A stretch of 33,958 bases of DNA from NCBI GenBank assembly GCA_037441385.1, contig JBBISH010000069.1, forward strand, positions 1-33,958, in the 5' to 3' direction. Position numbers and translations under genes: made by a program. Position 1 is the stretch's first letter, and every line of letters begins with the position of its first letter. Of this stretch, positions 17,765-25,995 are shown piece by piece. The stretch comes from Myxococcales bacterium (GTDB lineage Bacteria; Myxococcota_A; UBA9042). A model generated the notes under the pieces. The model ran no database searches. It was not told the origin of the DNA and was given only the letters and a program-made list of their open reading frames with translations.

Positions 17765-19015
17765 ATGGCAACCAACAAGCACGCTTGGCGATTCGGGTTT
17801 CGCGCTGGCCTGACGTCGGCCGGTCTGATGGCGGTCGCCGCCTGCAGCAATCCGAACGCCACCAACGCACCCAGCGACATCTGGTACGGCACGGACTTGG
17901 GCCCCAACCCCGGCAAGACCGACACGACCGCGGGCGATGGCAGCACCAACTCGGGCAGCGACGCCAAACTCGCCGACGGCGCAACCGTTCCGATCGAGGC
18001 CATCGACTGCGTAGCGCCGGGCAAGGGCGACTGCGATCTGACCAGCGAGTGCGGCTCGGGGCAGTACTGCGACCCGTGCCTGCGCACGTGCAAGAAGTCG
18101 CGCGAGCCCTGCGAACCCTGCAATGCCGACGTGGAGTGCAAGAACGCCATCGTGGACGGCAAGCCCGGCTCGATGTGCCTGACCTACCCGACGGGCGGCA
18201 ACTTCTGCGGCCTGGCCTGTCTGTCGATCGCTGGGTGTCCGCAGGGCTACACATGCGAGAAACTGGCCGGAATCGACTCGATGCAGTGCGTCCCCAAGAC
18301 CAAGTCGTGCGCGCCGGGCTCCGGGTCGTGCAAGACCGACGCCGACTGCCCCTATACCACCGTTTGCAGCGCCGAATACGGTGTGTGCGTCAAGGGTTGC
18401 ACGCTGGACAACAACTGCGCCGCCGGCAAGGTGTGTGCGTTGGGCCACTGCGTCGATCCGTGCAAGGCCGACAGCGAGTGCAAGTCCATCTCGACCGAAG
18501 CGGTGTGCAAGGATCAGCGCTGCACCATTCCTGGCGGGTGCATGGGCTCGGACGAGTGCTTGACGCCCGAGACCCACTGCGACCAAGGCAGTCACAAGTG
18601 CGCGCCGGGGTGCGTGTTGGATAGCGATTGCAAGGACTTTGCCAAGAAGTGCGCCGGCACCAAGTGCGTGGACAAGGGTTGCCAGAAGAACTGGGAGTGC
18701 CCGTTCAACCACGTGTGCGACGTCGCCAGTGCCACCTGCAAGCCGGCCGAGGGCAAGTTCTGCGCGCCTTGCGATCCCAACGACGACAAGGTGACCGCCT
18801 GCGGCGGCAAGCCCAACATGTGCTTCTCGATGAAAGACGCCAATGACCAGGATAAGGGCGCTTTCTGCGCCATCACCTGCGGCAGCGACCCCGGCGGGCC
18901 CTGTCCGCAGGGCTACCAGTGCCTGGACGTCAAGGACGACAAGGGCGTCTCGCAGGGCAAAGTCTGCATCCGGCCCTGCTACACCACGCCCGTGCCGGCC
19001 GGCGGCGGTTCCTAG
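17765..19015 (+). CDS. Cys-rich surface lipoprotein (CxxDxDC repeats)
   Basis: Lipobox VAAC, a low-complexity linker and many C-x2-D-x-(D/E)-C units. Confidence 0.8.
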   Translation: MATNKHAWRFGFRAGLTSAGLMAVAACSNPNATNAPSDIWYGTDLGPNPGKTDTTAGDGSTNSGSDAKLADGATVPIEAIDCVAPGKGDCDLTSECGSGQYCDPCLRTCKKSREPCEPCNADVECKNAIVDGKPGSMCLTYPTGGNFCGLACLSIAGCPQGYTCEKLAGIDSMQCVPKTKSCAPGSGSCKTDADCPYTTVCSAEYGVCVKGCTLDNNCAAGKVCALGHCVDPCKADSECKSISTEAVCKDQRCTIPGGCMGSDECLTPETHCDQGSHKCAPGCVLDSDCKDFAKKCAGTKCVDKGCQKNWECPFNHVCDVASATCKPAEGKFCAPCDPNDDKVTACGGKPNMCFSMKDANDQDKGAFCAITCGSDPGGPCPQGYQCLDVKDDKGVSQGKVCIRPCYTTPVPAGGGS

Positions 19016-19134
19016 ACCCAGTCTGTGGCCTGTTCGTTACCAAGAACCGCTGCAAGTGACATCGCGGTGACGCCTTTGCAGGCTCGCCCGCTATCCTTTT
19101 CGCCAGCGCGGAGTTGGCATCCGCGGAGTCGCCC

Positions 19135-20211
19135 GTGACCGTTTCATCTCAGCCGTCTGCCCCAGTCAACCGCAACTTCAGCCACCGTCAGCGCTTCATG
19201 GCCGGTCTGGCCGGCCAGCCGGTGGACCACCCGCCGCTGTGGCTGATGCGCCAGGCCGGTCGCTACTTGCCGGAGTACCGGGCCGTGCGGCAGAAGCACA
19301 CCTTCTTGCAGATGGTGCACACGCCCGACGTGGCCATCGAGATCACGCTGCAGCCGCTGCGCCGCTTTGCGATCGACGCCGCCATCCTGTTTTCGGACAT
19401 CCTGACCATCCCCGAAGCGATGGGCATTGCCGTCGACTTCCCCGAAGGTGGCCCGGTGCTGTCGCCCACGGTGCGCAGCCTTGCCGACATCGAGCGCCTG
19501 CCCGGGCCGGATTGCATCGGCAATATCGCCTATGTAGACAAGGCGTTGCGTGGCCTGCGCCGCGAGCTGGGCGACGGCCATGCCCTGCTCGGCTTTTCGG
19601 GTGCGCCGTTCACGCTGGCCAGCTACATCGTGGAGGGCAAGGGTACCAAGAGCTTCGAGGGCATCAAATCGCTGATGTACCAAGATCCCAAGGCGTTCAT
19701 GGCGCTCATCGACAAGCTGACCGACCTGGTCATCACCTACCTGCAGATGCAGCTGGACGCGGGCGCCGACGCGGTGCAGCTCTTTGACTCGTGGGCTGCC
19801 GAGCTGCGCGACAGCGAATACCGGCAGTTCGTGTTGCCGTCGACGCAGCGCATCGCCAAGGCCATCGCCGACAAGGGCGGCAAGATGATCCTGTTTGCGC
19901 GCAATCCTGGGCACTTGTTTGACGCGACGCTGGAAGTTCCGTGCAACGCCTACGGCATCGACCAGCGTGTGGATCTGGCGATGGCGGCGCGCAAAGCCAA
20001 GGCGCTGGGGCGCTCGCTGCAGGGCAGCCTGGACCCGATCGAGCTGTTTGCCCCGCCCGCGCACATCGAGCGCCGCGTGCGCGAAATGGCCGACGCCATG
20101 CAAGGCTGCGGTTGGATTGCCAATCTTGGTCACGGCGTGGTACCGCAGACCCCGATCACCGGCATCGAGGCCTTTGTGGCGGCCGTGCAAGGGCTGGCAA
20201 GCAAGGCATGA
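19135..20211 (+). CDS. hemE: Uroporphyrinogen decarboxylase
   Basis: PLWLMRQAGRYLPEY, AILFSDIL, GFSGAPFTLASY, QLFDSW and NLGHG. Start is GTG 19135 or TTG 19114. Confidence 0.97.
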   Translation: MTVSSQPSAPVNRNFSHRQRFMAGLAGQPVDHPPLWLMRQAGRYLPEYRAVRQKHTFLQMVHTPDVAIEITLQPLRRFAIDAAILFSDILTIPEAMGIAVDFPEGGPVLSPTVRSLADIERLPGPDCIGNIAYVDKALRGLRRELGDGHALLGFSGAPFTLASYIVEGKGTKSFEGIKSLMYQDPKAFMALIDKLTDLVITYLQMQLDAGADAVQLFDSWAAELRDSEYRQFVLPSTQRIAKAIADKGGKMILFARNPGHLFDATLEVPCNAYGIDQRVDLAMAARKAKALGRSLQGSLDPIELFAPPAHIERRVREMADAMQGCGWIANLGHGVVPQTPITGIEAFVAAVQGLASKA

Positions 20212-21617
20212 ACTCCGTGCTGCTGTGGCAGGATCGACCGCCGCTCGATCTGGTGGTGGTCGGCGCGGGCATCGCCGGTTTGGCCGCTGCGCATCGGGCG
20301 CACCAGCTTGGGTGGCGCGTTGGCGTGGTCGAGGCGGGTCGCGGGGTGGGCGGCAAGGTCCGCAGCGAGCGGCGCGATGGCTACTTGGTCGAGCACGGTC
20401 CCAGCACGTTCGGGCCCGAGGCGGCGACGCTGCGGCAGCTCATCGCCGAAGTTGGCCTGTCCGGCGAGGTCGTAACCGCGGAGGCGCCGGCGCACCGCTT
20501 CATCTACCGGGATCGCGCGGCTCATCGCCTGCCCAGCCATGTGGGTCAAGTGCTCGCTGGCGGATACCTGAGCCTGGCCGGCAAGTTGCGGATGCTCGCC
20601 GAGCCACTGGTCTTGGGTGCCGCGCAGGCGGACGACACGGTGTGGAGCTTTGCCTGCCGGCGCCTGGGCGAGCAAGCCGCGCACTATCTGGTGGCGCCCT
20701 ACGTGGCGGCGGTCCTGGCGGGCGATGCGCGCCAACTGGGCGCCCGCGATACGTTTCCTGAGCTCTGGCAGTGGGAGCACGACAGCGGCAGCGTGGCTCT
20801 GGGTGCCTTGTTGGGCCTGGGCGAACCGTTGGCGACCTGTGACGAGGCTTGCAGTCGGCCGTGGACCCTGCGCGACGGGCTGGGCAGCTTGCCCAAGGCG
20901 CTGGCGGCGGCGTTGCCCGAGGCCAGTGTGCAGCTGGGCGCCCCGATCGAGCAGATCACCCGGCGGCCGGATGGCTTGTGGGAGCTGCGGTTGCACCACG
21001 CGCTGGCCGACAAGTTTGCGCCGATCCTGGCCAAGCGGGTCGTGCTGGCTACGCCGGCCAAAGTGACCTCGGACTTGCTTGCGCCGGTGGCGCCTGCCGT
21101 GGCCCACGCCTTGACCGACGTTTCTTGTGCACGGCTTGCCGTTGTCCACCTGGGGGGGCCCGACCCCAATGGCGTGGCACCGCAAGGGCACGGCGTGATG
21201 ATGGTGCCGGGCGAAGGGTTGCGCACCCTGGGCATTTCGTTCCCGTCGTCGCTGTTTGCGGACCGAGCGCCGGCTGGTCATTGGCTGCACACAGGGCTGG
21301 TCGGCGGTGCGGCCGATCCCGAGGCCGTGGATCTACCCGACGACATTCTGATCTCGCTGGTGCAGCGGGCCCAGGAGCAGGCGTTTGATTTGCAGGGTGC
21401 GCGCGAGCTGCCGGTAGCTTTTGCCACGGTGATACGTTGGCGCGACGCGATTGCGCAACCGCGCATCGGTCATCGTGCGGCCATGCACAGTCTGGCCAAT
21501 CGGGTGGCGCGCGAACTGCCCGGTGTGGCCCTTGCGGGGTCGTACATGGGCAGCCTGGGGGCGGAGCCGGCGGCTCAATCGGGCGTGGCGGCGGTGGCGG
21601 CGCTGGTCCAGGCCTAA
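20208..21617 (+). CDS. hemY: HemY-type protoporphyrinogen/coproporphyrinogen oxidase (divergent)
   Basis: GAGIAGL, EA..GVGGKVRS, EHGP, AGD and G..TLG..F.S..F..RAP. Its start overlaps the hemE stop (ATGA). Confidence 0.85.
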   Translation: MNSVLLWQDRPPLDLVVVGAGIAGLAAAHRAHQLGWRVGVVEAGRGVGGKVRSERRDGYLVEHGPSTFGPEAATLRQLIAEVGLSGEVVTAEAPAHRFIYRDRAAHRLPSHVGQVLAGGYLSLAGKLRMLAEPLVLGAAQADDTVWSFACRRLGEQAAHYLVAPYVAAVLAGDARQLGARDTFPELWQWEHDSGSVALGALLGLGEPLATCDEACSRPWTLRDGLGSLPKALAAALPEASVQLGAPIEQITRRPDGLWELRLHHALADKFAPILAKRVVLATPAKVTSDLLAPVAPAVAHALTDVSCARLAVVHLGGPDPNGVAPQGHGVMMVPGEGLRTLGISFPSSLFADRAPAGHWLHTGLVGGAADPEAVDLPDDILISLVQRAQEQAFDLQGARELPVAFATVIRWRDAIAQPRIGHRAAMHSLANRVARELPGVALAGSYMGSLGAEPAAQSGVAAVAALVQA

Positions 21618-21666
21618 GAAGTTGTAGAGATTGTCGAGTGTTTCTGGGGTTATTGGGGGAGTCGAC

Positions 21667-22968
21667 ATGAGCATCCACACGCATTCTGCCGCCGCGGCCG
21701 GCGCCATAGAAAGTCGGCTACCGTTTGCGGTGGTCGGCTGTGATTTTCGGGTGGCGTCCACGCAGTGGCGAGGGCGGCTGCTGCTCAACCACGACGAGCG
21801 CGCCCGCTTGACCGAAGAGCTGCGCACGAGCTGCGGCGCGGCTGGCCTGGTGGTGCTAGAGACGTGCAACCGTGTGGAATGGTTGGTGACGGCCAGCGAG
21901 GCCCAGTGGGCGGGCGAGGTCATGCGTGCGCAGATGGTCGAGCGCTGGCTGGCCGATGTGCCTAAACCCAAACGAAAAAAGGTCAAGACGCCCAAACCCT
22001 ACGTCTACTGGGGCCGTGCGGCCGTGGCGCACCTGCTGCGCGTGGCTGTGGGGCTCGAGTCGTTCGTGGTGGGCGAACGCGAGATTGCTGGGCAGCTCAA
22101 TCGGGCGCTGACCGCGGCGCGCGTGGCCGGGCAGGCCTCGCCGTTCCACAACGCACTGCAGACCGCGCTGGGCCGGACCGTCAAGAAAGTTCAGCGGTTG
22201 ACCACCTGGCGCCACCACACCCGCGGCGTCCACAGCCTGGCGCTAGAGGCGGTGCAGACGTATTGGAAGGAGCTGGGCAGGCCGCGTGACCAGCGTCCGC
22301 AGGTGGTGGTATTGGGCATGGGCGAGATCGGTCGCAAGGCCGCGACTTTGCTGGCTTCGACCGGGCACTGCCACGTGACGCGGGTGAATCGGACCGTGGC
22401 CGTTGAACATGAAAATGACTATCAGCCGCTTGCCAAGCTCCCAGAGTTGTTGAGCAAAGCCGATGCCCTGGTGGTGGCCACAGGCGCGCGCGAGCCGGTG
22501 GTGGACATGGCGCAGATCGTGCCGCTGCGGCCGCCCGAGGGGCCGGCGCTGCTGGTGGTCGACTTGGGCGCGCCGGCGCAGGTGGCCTCGACCGACATCC
22601 CCGGCGCCCGCTACCTGGACCTGGACGCCCTGCTCTCGCTGCCGGCCGTGTCCCCGGACGAGGCCGAGACGCGCCATGTGCTCGAACTGGTCGACGTGGG
22701 CGTGCGCGAGTTCTTGCTCGAGTGCCGCAAGCGCGACCTGGCGATCCTGCTGCGCTCGGTGCACGACGTGTATGACCGCACTTCGTATCAGGACCTGCCG
22801 GCGCGGCTGGCGGCCGAATTCCCCGACGAAGGCCAGTTGGACTTGCGCAAAAAGGTCGAAGCGGCGATGCGCGACATTTTGCGCGACATGACCCGCGACC
22901 TGGTGCAGCACATCGAGCACACCGCAGAGAGCGTCAGCAAGCCGCGTCCGGTGGTGACGCCCCCATGA
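21667..22968 (+). CDS. hemA: Glutamyl-tRNA reductase (divergent)
   Basis: TCNRVE with the catalytic Cys, HLLRVAVGLESFVVGEREIAGQ, GMGEIG and NRT. GGGGAG RBS before ATG 21667. Confidence 0.85.
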   Translation: MSIHTHSAAAAGAIESRLPFAVVGCDFRVASTQWRGRLLLNHDERARLTEELRTSCGAAGLVVLETCNRVEWLVTASEAQWAGEVMRAQMVERWLADVPKPKRKKVKTPKPYVYWGRAAVAHLLRVAVGLESFVVGEREIAGQLNRALTAARVAGQASPFHNALQTALGRTVKKVQRLTTWRHHTRGVHSLALEAVQTYWKELGRPRDQRPQVVVLGMGEIGRKAATLLASTGHCHVTRVNRTVAVEHENDYQPLAKLPELLSKADALVVATGAREPVVDMAQIVPLRPPEGPALLVVDLGAPAQVASTDIPGARYLDLDALLSLPAVSPDEAETRHVLELVDVGVREFLLECRKRDLAILLRSVHDVYDRTSYQDLPARLAAEFPDEGQLDLRKKVEAAMRDILRDMTRDLVQHIEHTAESVSKPRPVVTPP

Positions 22969-23867
22969 AGCCGACACTGGCCGTCAAGCAGCAGCTGATG
23001 CGGCGCGCGACCCAGGCTTCGCTGGGTGTGGCGGTGGGGCTGCTCGTCACCAAGTTGGCGGCCTGGCAGCTCACCGACTCGGTGGCGATGTTGGCCAGCG
23101 CGGCCGACTCGACGCTGGATGCCCTGGCTTCGGCGGTGGCGATGCTGGCTGTGCATTGGTCGCTGCAGCCGGCGGACGAGGAACACCGCTTTGGGCACGG
23201 CAAGTTGGAGCCGTTGGCGGGTTTGGCGCAGGCCGCTCTGGTGTTGGCCTCGGCCGTGGGCCTGCTGGTCTCGGCGGTGCAGCGCTTGCTGTCGCCCCGG
23301 CCGGTGGAACAAGGCGCGGTGGGCCTGGCCGTCATGGCGATTGCGACGGTGGCGACGCTGGCCCTGATGCGCTTCCAGAAGAAGGTCATCTTGGCCACCG
23401 ATTCCACAGCGATTTCGGCCGACTCGCTGCACTATGGCACTGACCTGGCCATGAACGGCGCGGTGGCGGTGGCGCTGGTGGGCGCCTGGGGCTTTGGCTG
23501 GCTGTGGCTGGATCCGCTGCTCGGTTTGGTGACCGCGGTGCTCATCGGCCGTAGTGCGACCCAGATTGCCTGGAGTTCGGTTCAGTTGCTGATGGATCGC
23601 GAACTAGAAGATGACGATCGGCAACGCATCATCGCAATCGTCAAGGCGCATCCAGAGGCTTCGGGCCTTCACGATCTGCGCACGCGGCGCATTGGCCTGC
23701 ACAGCCACATCCAGTTTCACCTGGAGCTGGACGGCGACATCACGCTGCGCGAGGCCCATGCCATCGGCCAGGCCGTGGAAGACGAGGTTCGCGCCGCGTT
23801 TGCCGACGCCGAAGTGCTCGTCCACTTTGATCCGCAGAGCGATCCGGACGAGCCGCCGGCGAGGTAG
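22965..23867 (+). CDS. fieF: Cation diffusion facilitator, FieF/YiiP-like Fe/Zn exporter
   Basis: Site A motifs DSTLD and HYGTD, PADEEHRFGHGKLE, HDLRTR and H.DP. Its start overlaps the hemA stop (ATGA). Confidence 0.9.
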   Translation: MKPTLAVKQQLMRRATQASLGVAVGLLVTKLAAWQLTDSVAMLASAADSTLDALASAVAMLAVHWSLQPADEEHRFGHGKLEPLAGLAQAALVLASAVGLLVSAVQRLLSPRPVEQGAVGLAVMAIATVATLALMRFQKKVILATDSTAISADSLHYGTDLAMNGAVAVALVGAWGFGWLWLDPLLGLVTAVLIGRSATQIAWSSVQLLMDRELEDDDRQRIIAIVKAHPEASGLHDLRTRRIGLHSHIQFHLELDGDITLREAHAIGQAVEDEVRAAFADAEVLVHFDPQSDPDEPPAR

Positions 23868-23910
23868 CGCCCCAGGTAGCGCCCCTAGAACATTGCCCCC
23901 CATTTTCTAC
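23862..23910. repeat. 12-bp tandem duplication plus an inverted partial copy of the RAYT-associated repeat
   Basis: AGGTAGCGCCCC x2 (23862-23885), then TAGAACATTGCCCCCCA (23886-23902). Its reverse complement TGGGGGGCAATGTTCTA matches TGGGGGGCAATTTCTA at 33264 and 33407 apart from a 1-nt insertion. Confidence 0.6.
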
Positions 23911-23951
23911 TGCTTGAATCTACAGAGTTTGTCGGCGCTGCTTGTCTGGGG

Positions 23952-24395
23952 CTACGCCCGTGGCACGGCCTCCCAGCCCAGCGTGTTCTGGAACAAGCGC
24001 TTGCAGACGATGTGCTGCTGCTCGTCCAGGGCGAACCGGTGGTACAGGTTCGGTGGCACGATAATGAGGTCGCCCGGTGTCACATGCACGCGCATCCAGC
24101 GGTCCTGGGCGTCGCGCAGGTCGAAGATGCCGGCGCCAGCGGTGACAAAGCGGATCTCCTCGTCCGTGTGCAGGTGCTCGCCAAAGAATTTGGTCAACAG
24201 TGCCTGAAGGTTGGGCGTCTGATCGTTCAGACGCACTTCATCCATCTGCACGTAACCGCGCTGGTCCCGGAGCTTTTGCAGCGGTTCGGCGTACTGGCCC
24301 TCGTCTACCGGCATGTGCTGGTAGAAGATACCGTGCTGAGCCAAATAGTCCGCGCCAATCGCCTGTTCGGGCTGATCCAAGAAGTAAGCTTTCAT
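23952..24395 (-). CDS. mtnD: Acireductone dioxygenase (ARD), eukaryotic ADI1-like
   Basis: Cupin motifs FFGEHLHTDEEIRF, G.GIFDLRD..DRWMR and GDLIIVP..LYHRF. Confidence 0.92.
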   Translation of the reverse strand: MKAYFLDQPEQAIGADYLAQHGIFYQHMPVDEGQYAEPLQKLRDQRGYVQMDEVRLNDQTPNLQALLTKFFGEHLHTDEEIRFVTAGAGIFDLRDAQDRWMRVHVTPGDLIIVPPNLYHRFALDEQQHIVCKRLFQNTLGWEAVPRA

Positions 24396-24428
24396 GTTGT
24401 GACCTTGATGTTGGCGAAACCGTTGCGG

Positions 24429-25151
24429 TTAGCTGACCACGGCCAGCGCGCGGCTGCTCGACACGGGCTGCGCCGTCGCCGCATCTGGCTGCGACCGGTC
24501 GTGGGTCAAGTGACTGATTCCTGCGGAATTCATGCGAATCACCGCGCGGCACAGCCAGTCGAGGCACTCGGCCTGGGTCTTAGCGTGGACGGTCGACTTG
24601 CCCCAGACGTAGACGCCGTGGTTGCGAACGATCACCGCATTGGCCTTGGGGTACGCGAGGATCGCCTGCTCGACGCGCTCTTCGAGTTCGTGCTCCAGGG
24701 CGGTATTGTCGATGACCGGGATCTCGTGGACGTCGAAATACCCAACGCCTTCTAGGCCTTTCATCATCTCCAGCCGCGTCAGGCGCAGGGGCTCGCCAGC
24801 GGGAACGGTCATGGCCGCGAGCACGACGTCGAGCGAGTGCGAATGCAGCACGGCGCCGGCGTTGCGGTGGCGGAAGGCGGCCAGGAACAGCGGGGCGCAT
24901 GCGGTGAGCTTCAGTCCAGGCGTGATCGGTGCCAGCGTCACGTGGCCCTTCAGGTCGACTTCAAAGATGTCTTCTGGGCGGATGTTCTCTTTTTCCACCC
25001 CCGACGGCGCCATGAGCAGCGTGTGGCCGTCGCGCACGGCAATGCCGCCACCGGTGCCGCTGGCCCAACCCTGTTCCCAAAAGAGCCGGCAAAGACGAGA
25101 GATCTCTTGCCGGGCGGGCAGATGGCTCAGGTTGCGTAGGGTGTCGTGCAT
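24429..25151 (-). CDS. mtnB: Methylthioribulose-1-phosphate dehydratase, eukaryotic APIP/Mde1-like
   Basis: LCRLFW..GWASGTGGGI, APSGVEKE, CAPLF, AGAVLHSHS, EMMKG, PVIDNT and VRNHGVYVWG. GGAG RBS. Confidence 0.93.
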   Translation of the reverse strand: MHDTLRNLSHLPARQEISRLCRLFWEQGWASGTGGGIAVRDGHTLLMAPSGVEKENIRPEDIFEVDLKGHVTLAPITPGLKLTACAPLFLAAFRHRNAGAVLHSHSLDVVLAAMTVPAGEPLRLTRLEMMKGLEGVGYFDVHEIPVIDNTALEHELEERVEQAILAYPKANAVIVRNHGVYVWGKSTVHAKTQAECLDWLCRAVIRMNSAGISHLTHDRSQPDAATAQPVSSSRALAVVS

Positions 25152-25204
25152 GAAGAAGGCTCCACAGCTTAGGCGGTCACGCCTTTGTCATGGAAGCAAA
25201 GAAA

Positions 25205-25218
25205 TTGACTCAGGTCAA
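25205..25218. promoter_or_regulatory. Palindrome TTGAC-N4-GTCAA upstream of mtnB (possible CRP/FNR-family or other dimeric regulator site)
   Basis: Perfect 5-4-5 inverted repeat TTGACTCAGGTCAA in an AT-richer intergenic patch. Confidence 0.45.
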
Positions 25219-25245
25219 GTTTGAAGCGACGCGCTTTCGTTTCGA

Positions 25246-25857
25246 CTAGGCTTTCTTGCGGCGCGCGTGGAAGCGTTGCTCTACAAACTCAAGGCCTTGG
25301 CGGCCGATGGCCAGCTCGATTTCGCGGCGAAAGACCGTGTGGAAGGGCGGCCCCGGCTGGGTCGGCAGAGGCCGTTGGCAGTCGGCCTGGGTTGGGATGG
25401 CCTCGGTCGTGCGGTCCCACGCCACTCCGCCCTCCGAGCGCAGCACAGGAAAGGTAGCGCAATCAAACGGCTTTAGTCCCGGCCAGGCCAGACCCAGGTC
25501 CACGCTGGCGCGTTCGACGGCGCAGGTATGGTCGGCCAGCGCAAAGATGCACGCGCGGCGGTCGCTGCCATCCAAGCGCGGCAGTACCGCGGTGGCAAGG
25601 CCAAGACCGCTTGCAAAATCAGGATGGTCCATCGCCTCGCCGCTGAACCAGCGCTTCGGGTCCTGGCGCTCGCCGGGCAAGTGGCGGGCGATCGCGGGGG
25701 CATGCTGCAGGATGGCCTGAGCTTGATCGGCGTCGGTCCAGATGCCGCCGCCACAGCACGCGCCGCCGCAGACCTCGAGTCGGCAGTTGTAGCCCGAGCT
25801 GGGGGCGATCAAGGTCCGCGAGATCCGCCAGTTCTGGTAGCGCCACGCTTTGGGCAT
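25246..25857 (-). CDS. DUF3109-like Cys-cluster protein (putative Fe-S/Zn binding)
   Basis: CRLEVCGGACC.GG, ACIF...TCAVE and LKPFDCATFP. ATG at 25857. Confidence 0.7.
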   Translation of the reverse strand: MPKAWRYQNWRISRTLIAPSSGYNCRLEVCGGACCGGGIWTDADQAQAILQHAPAIARHLPGERQDPKRWFSGEAMDHPDFASGLGLATAVLPRLDGSDRRACIFALADHTCAVERASVDLGLAWPGLKPFDCATFPVLRSEGGVAWDRTTEAIPTQADCQRPLPTQPGPPFHTVFRREIELAIGRQGLEFVEQRFHARRKKA

Positions 25858-25995
25858 CGCCGAGTACCTCCGTTCGTGGCAGCATAGCGTGGTCGCGTTG
25901 GATGCCCAACGGCCGTGGTGCGCGGGCCGACAGATCGGTGGCCGCTCCCGGGCGTCAGAACCGTTGGCCGCTGCGAGCGCGCCGCAAGGATCGCC

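Noticed and set aside
9780..25151. Eukaryotic contamination as the source of the eukaryote-like genes
   Set aside because: There are no introns, genes are tightly spaced as operons with Shine-Dalgarno sites, composition is similar throughout, and they are interleaved with bacterial envelope and heme genes.
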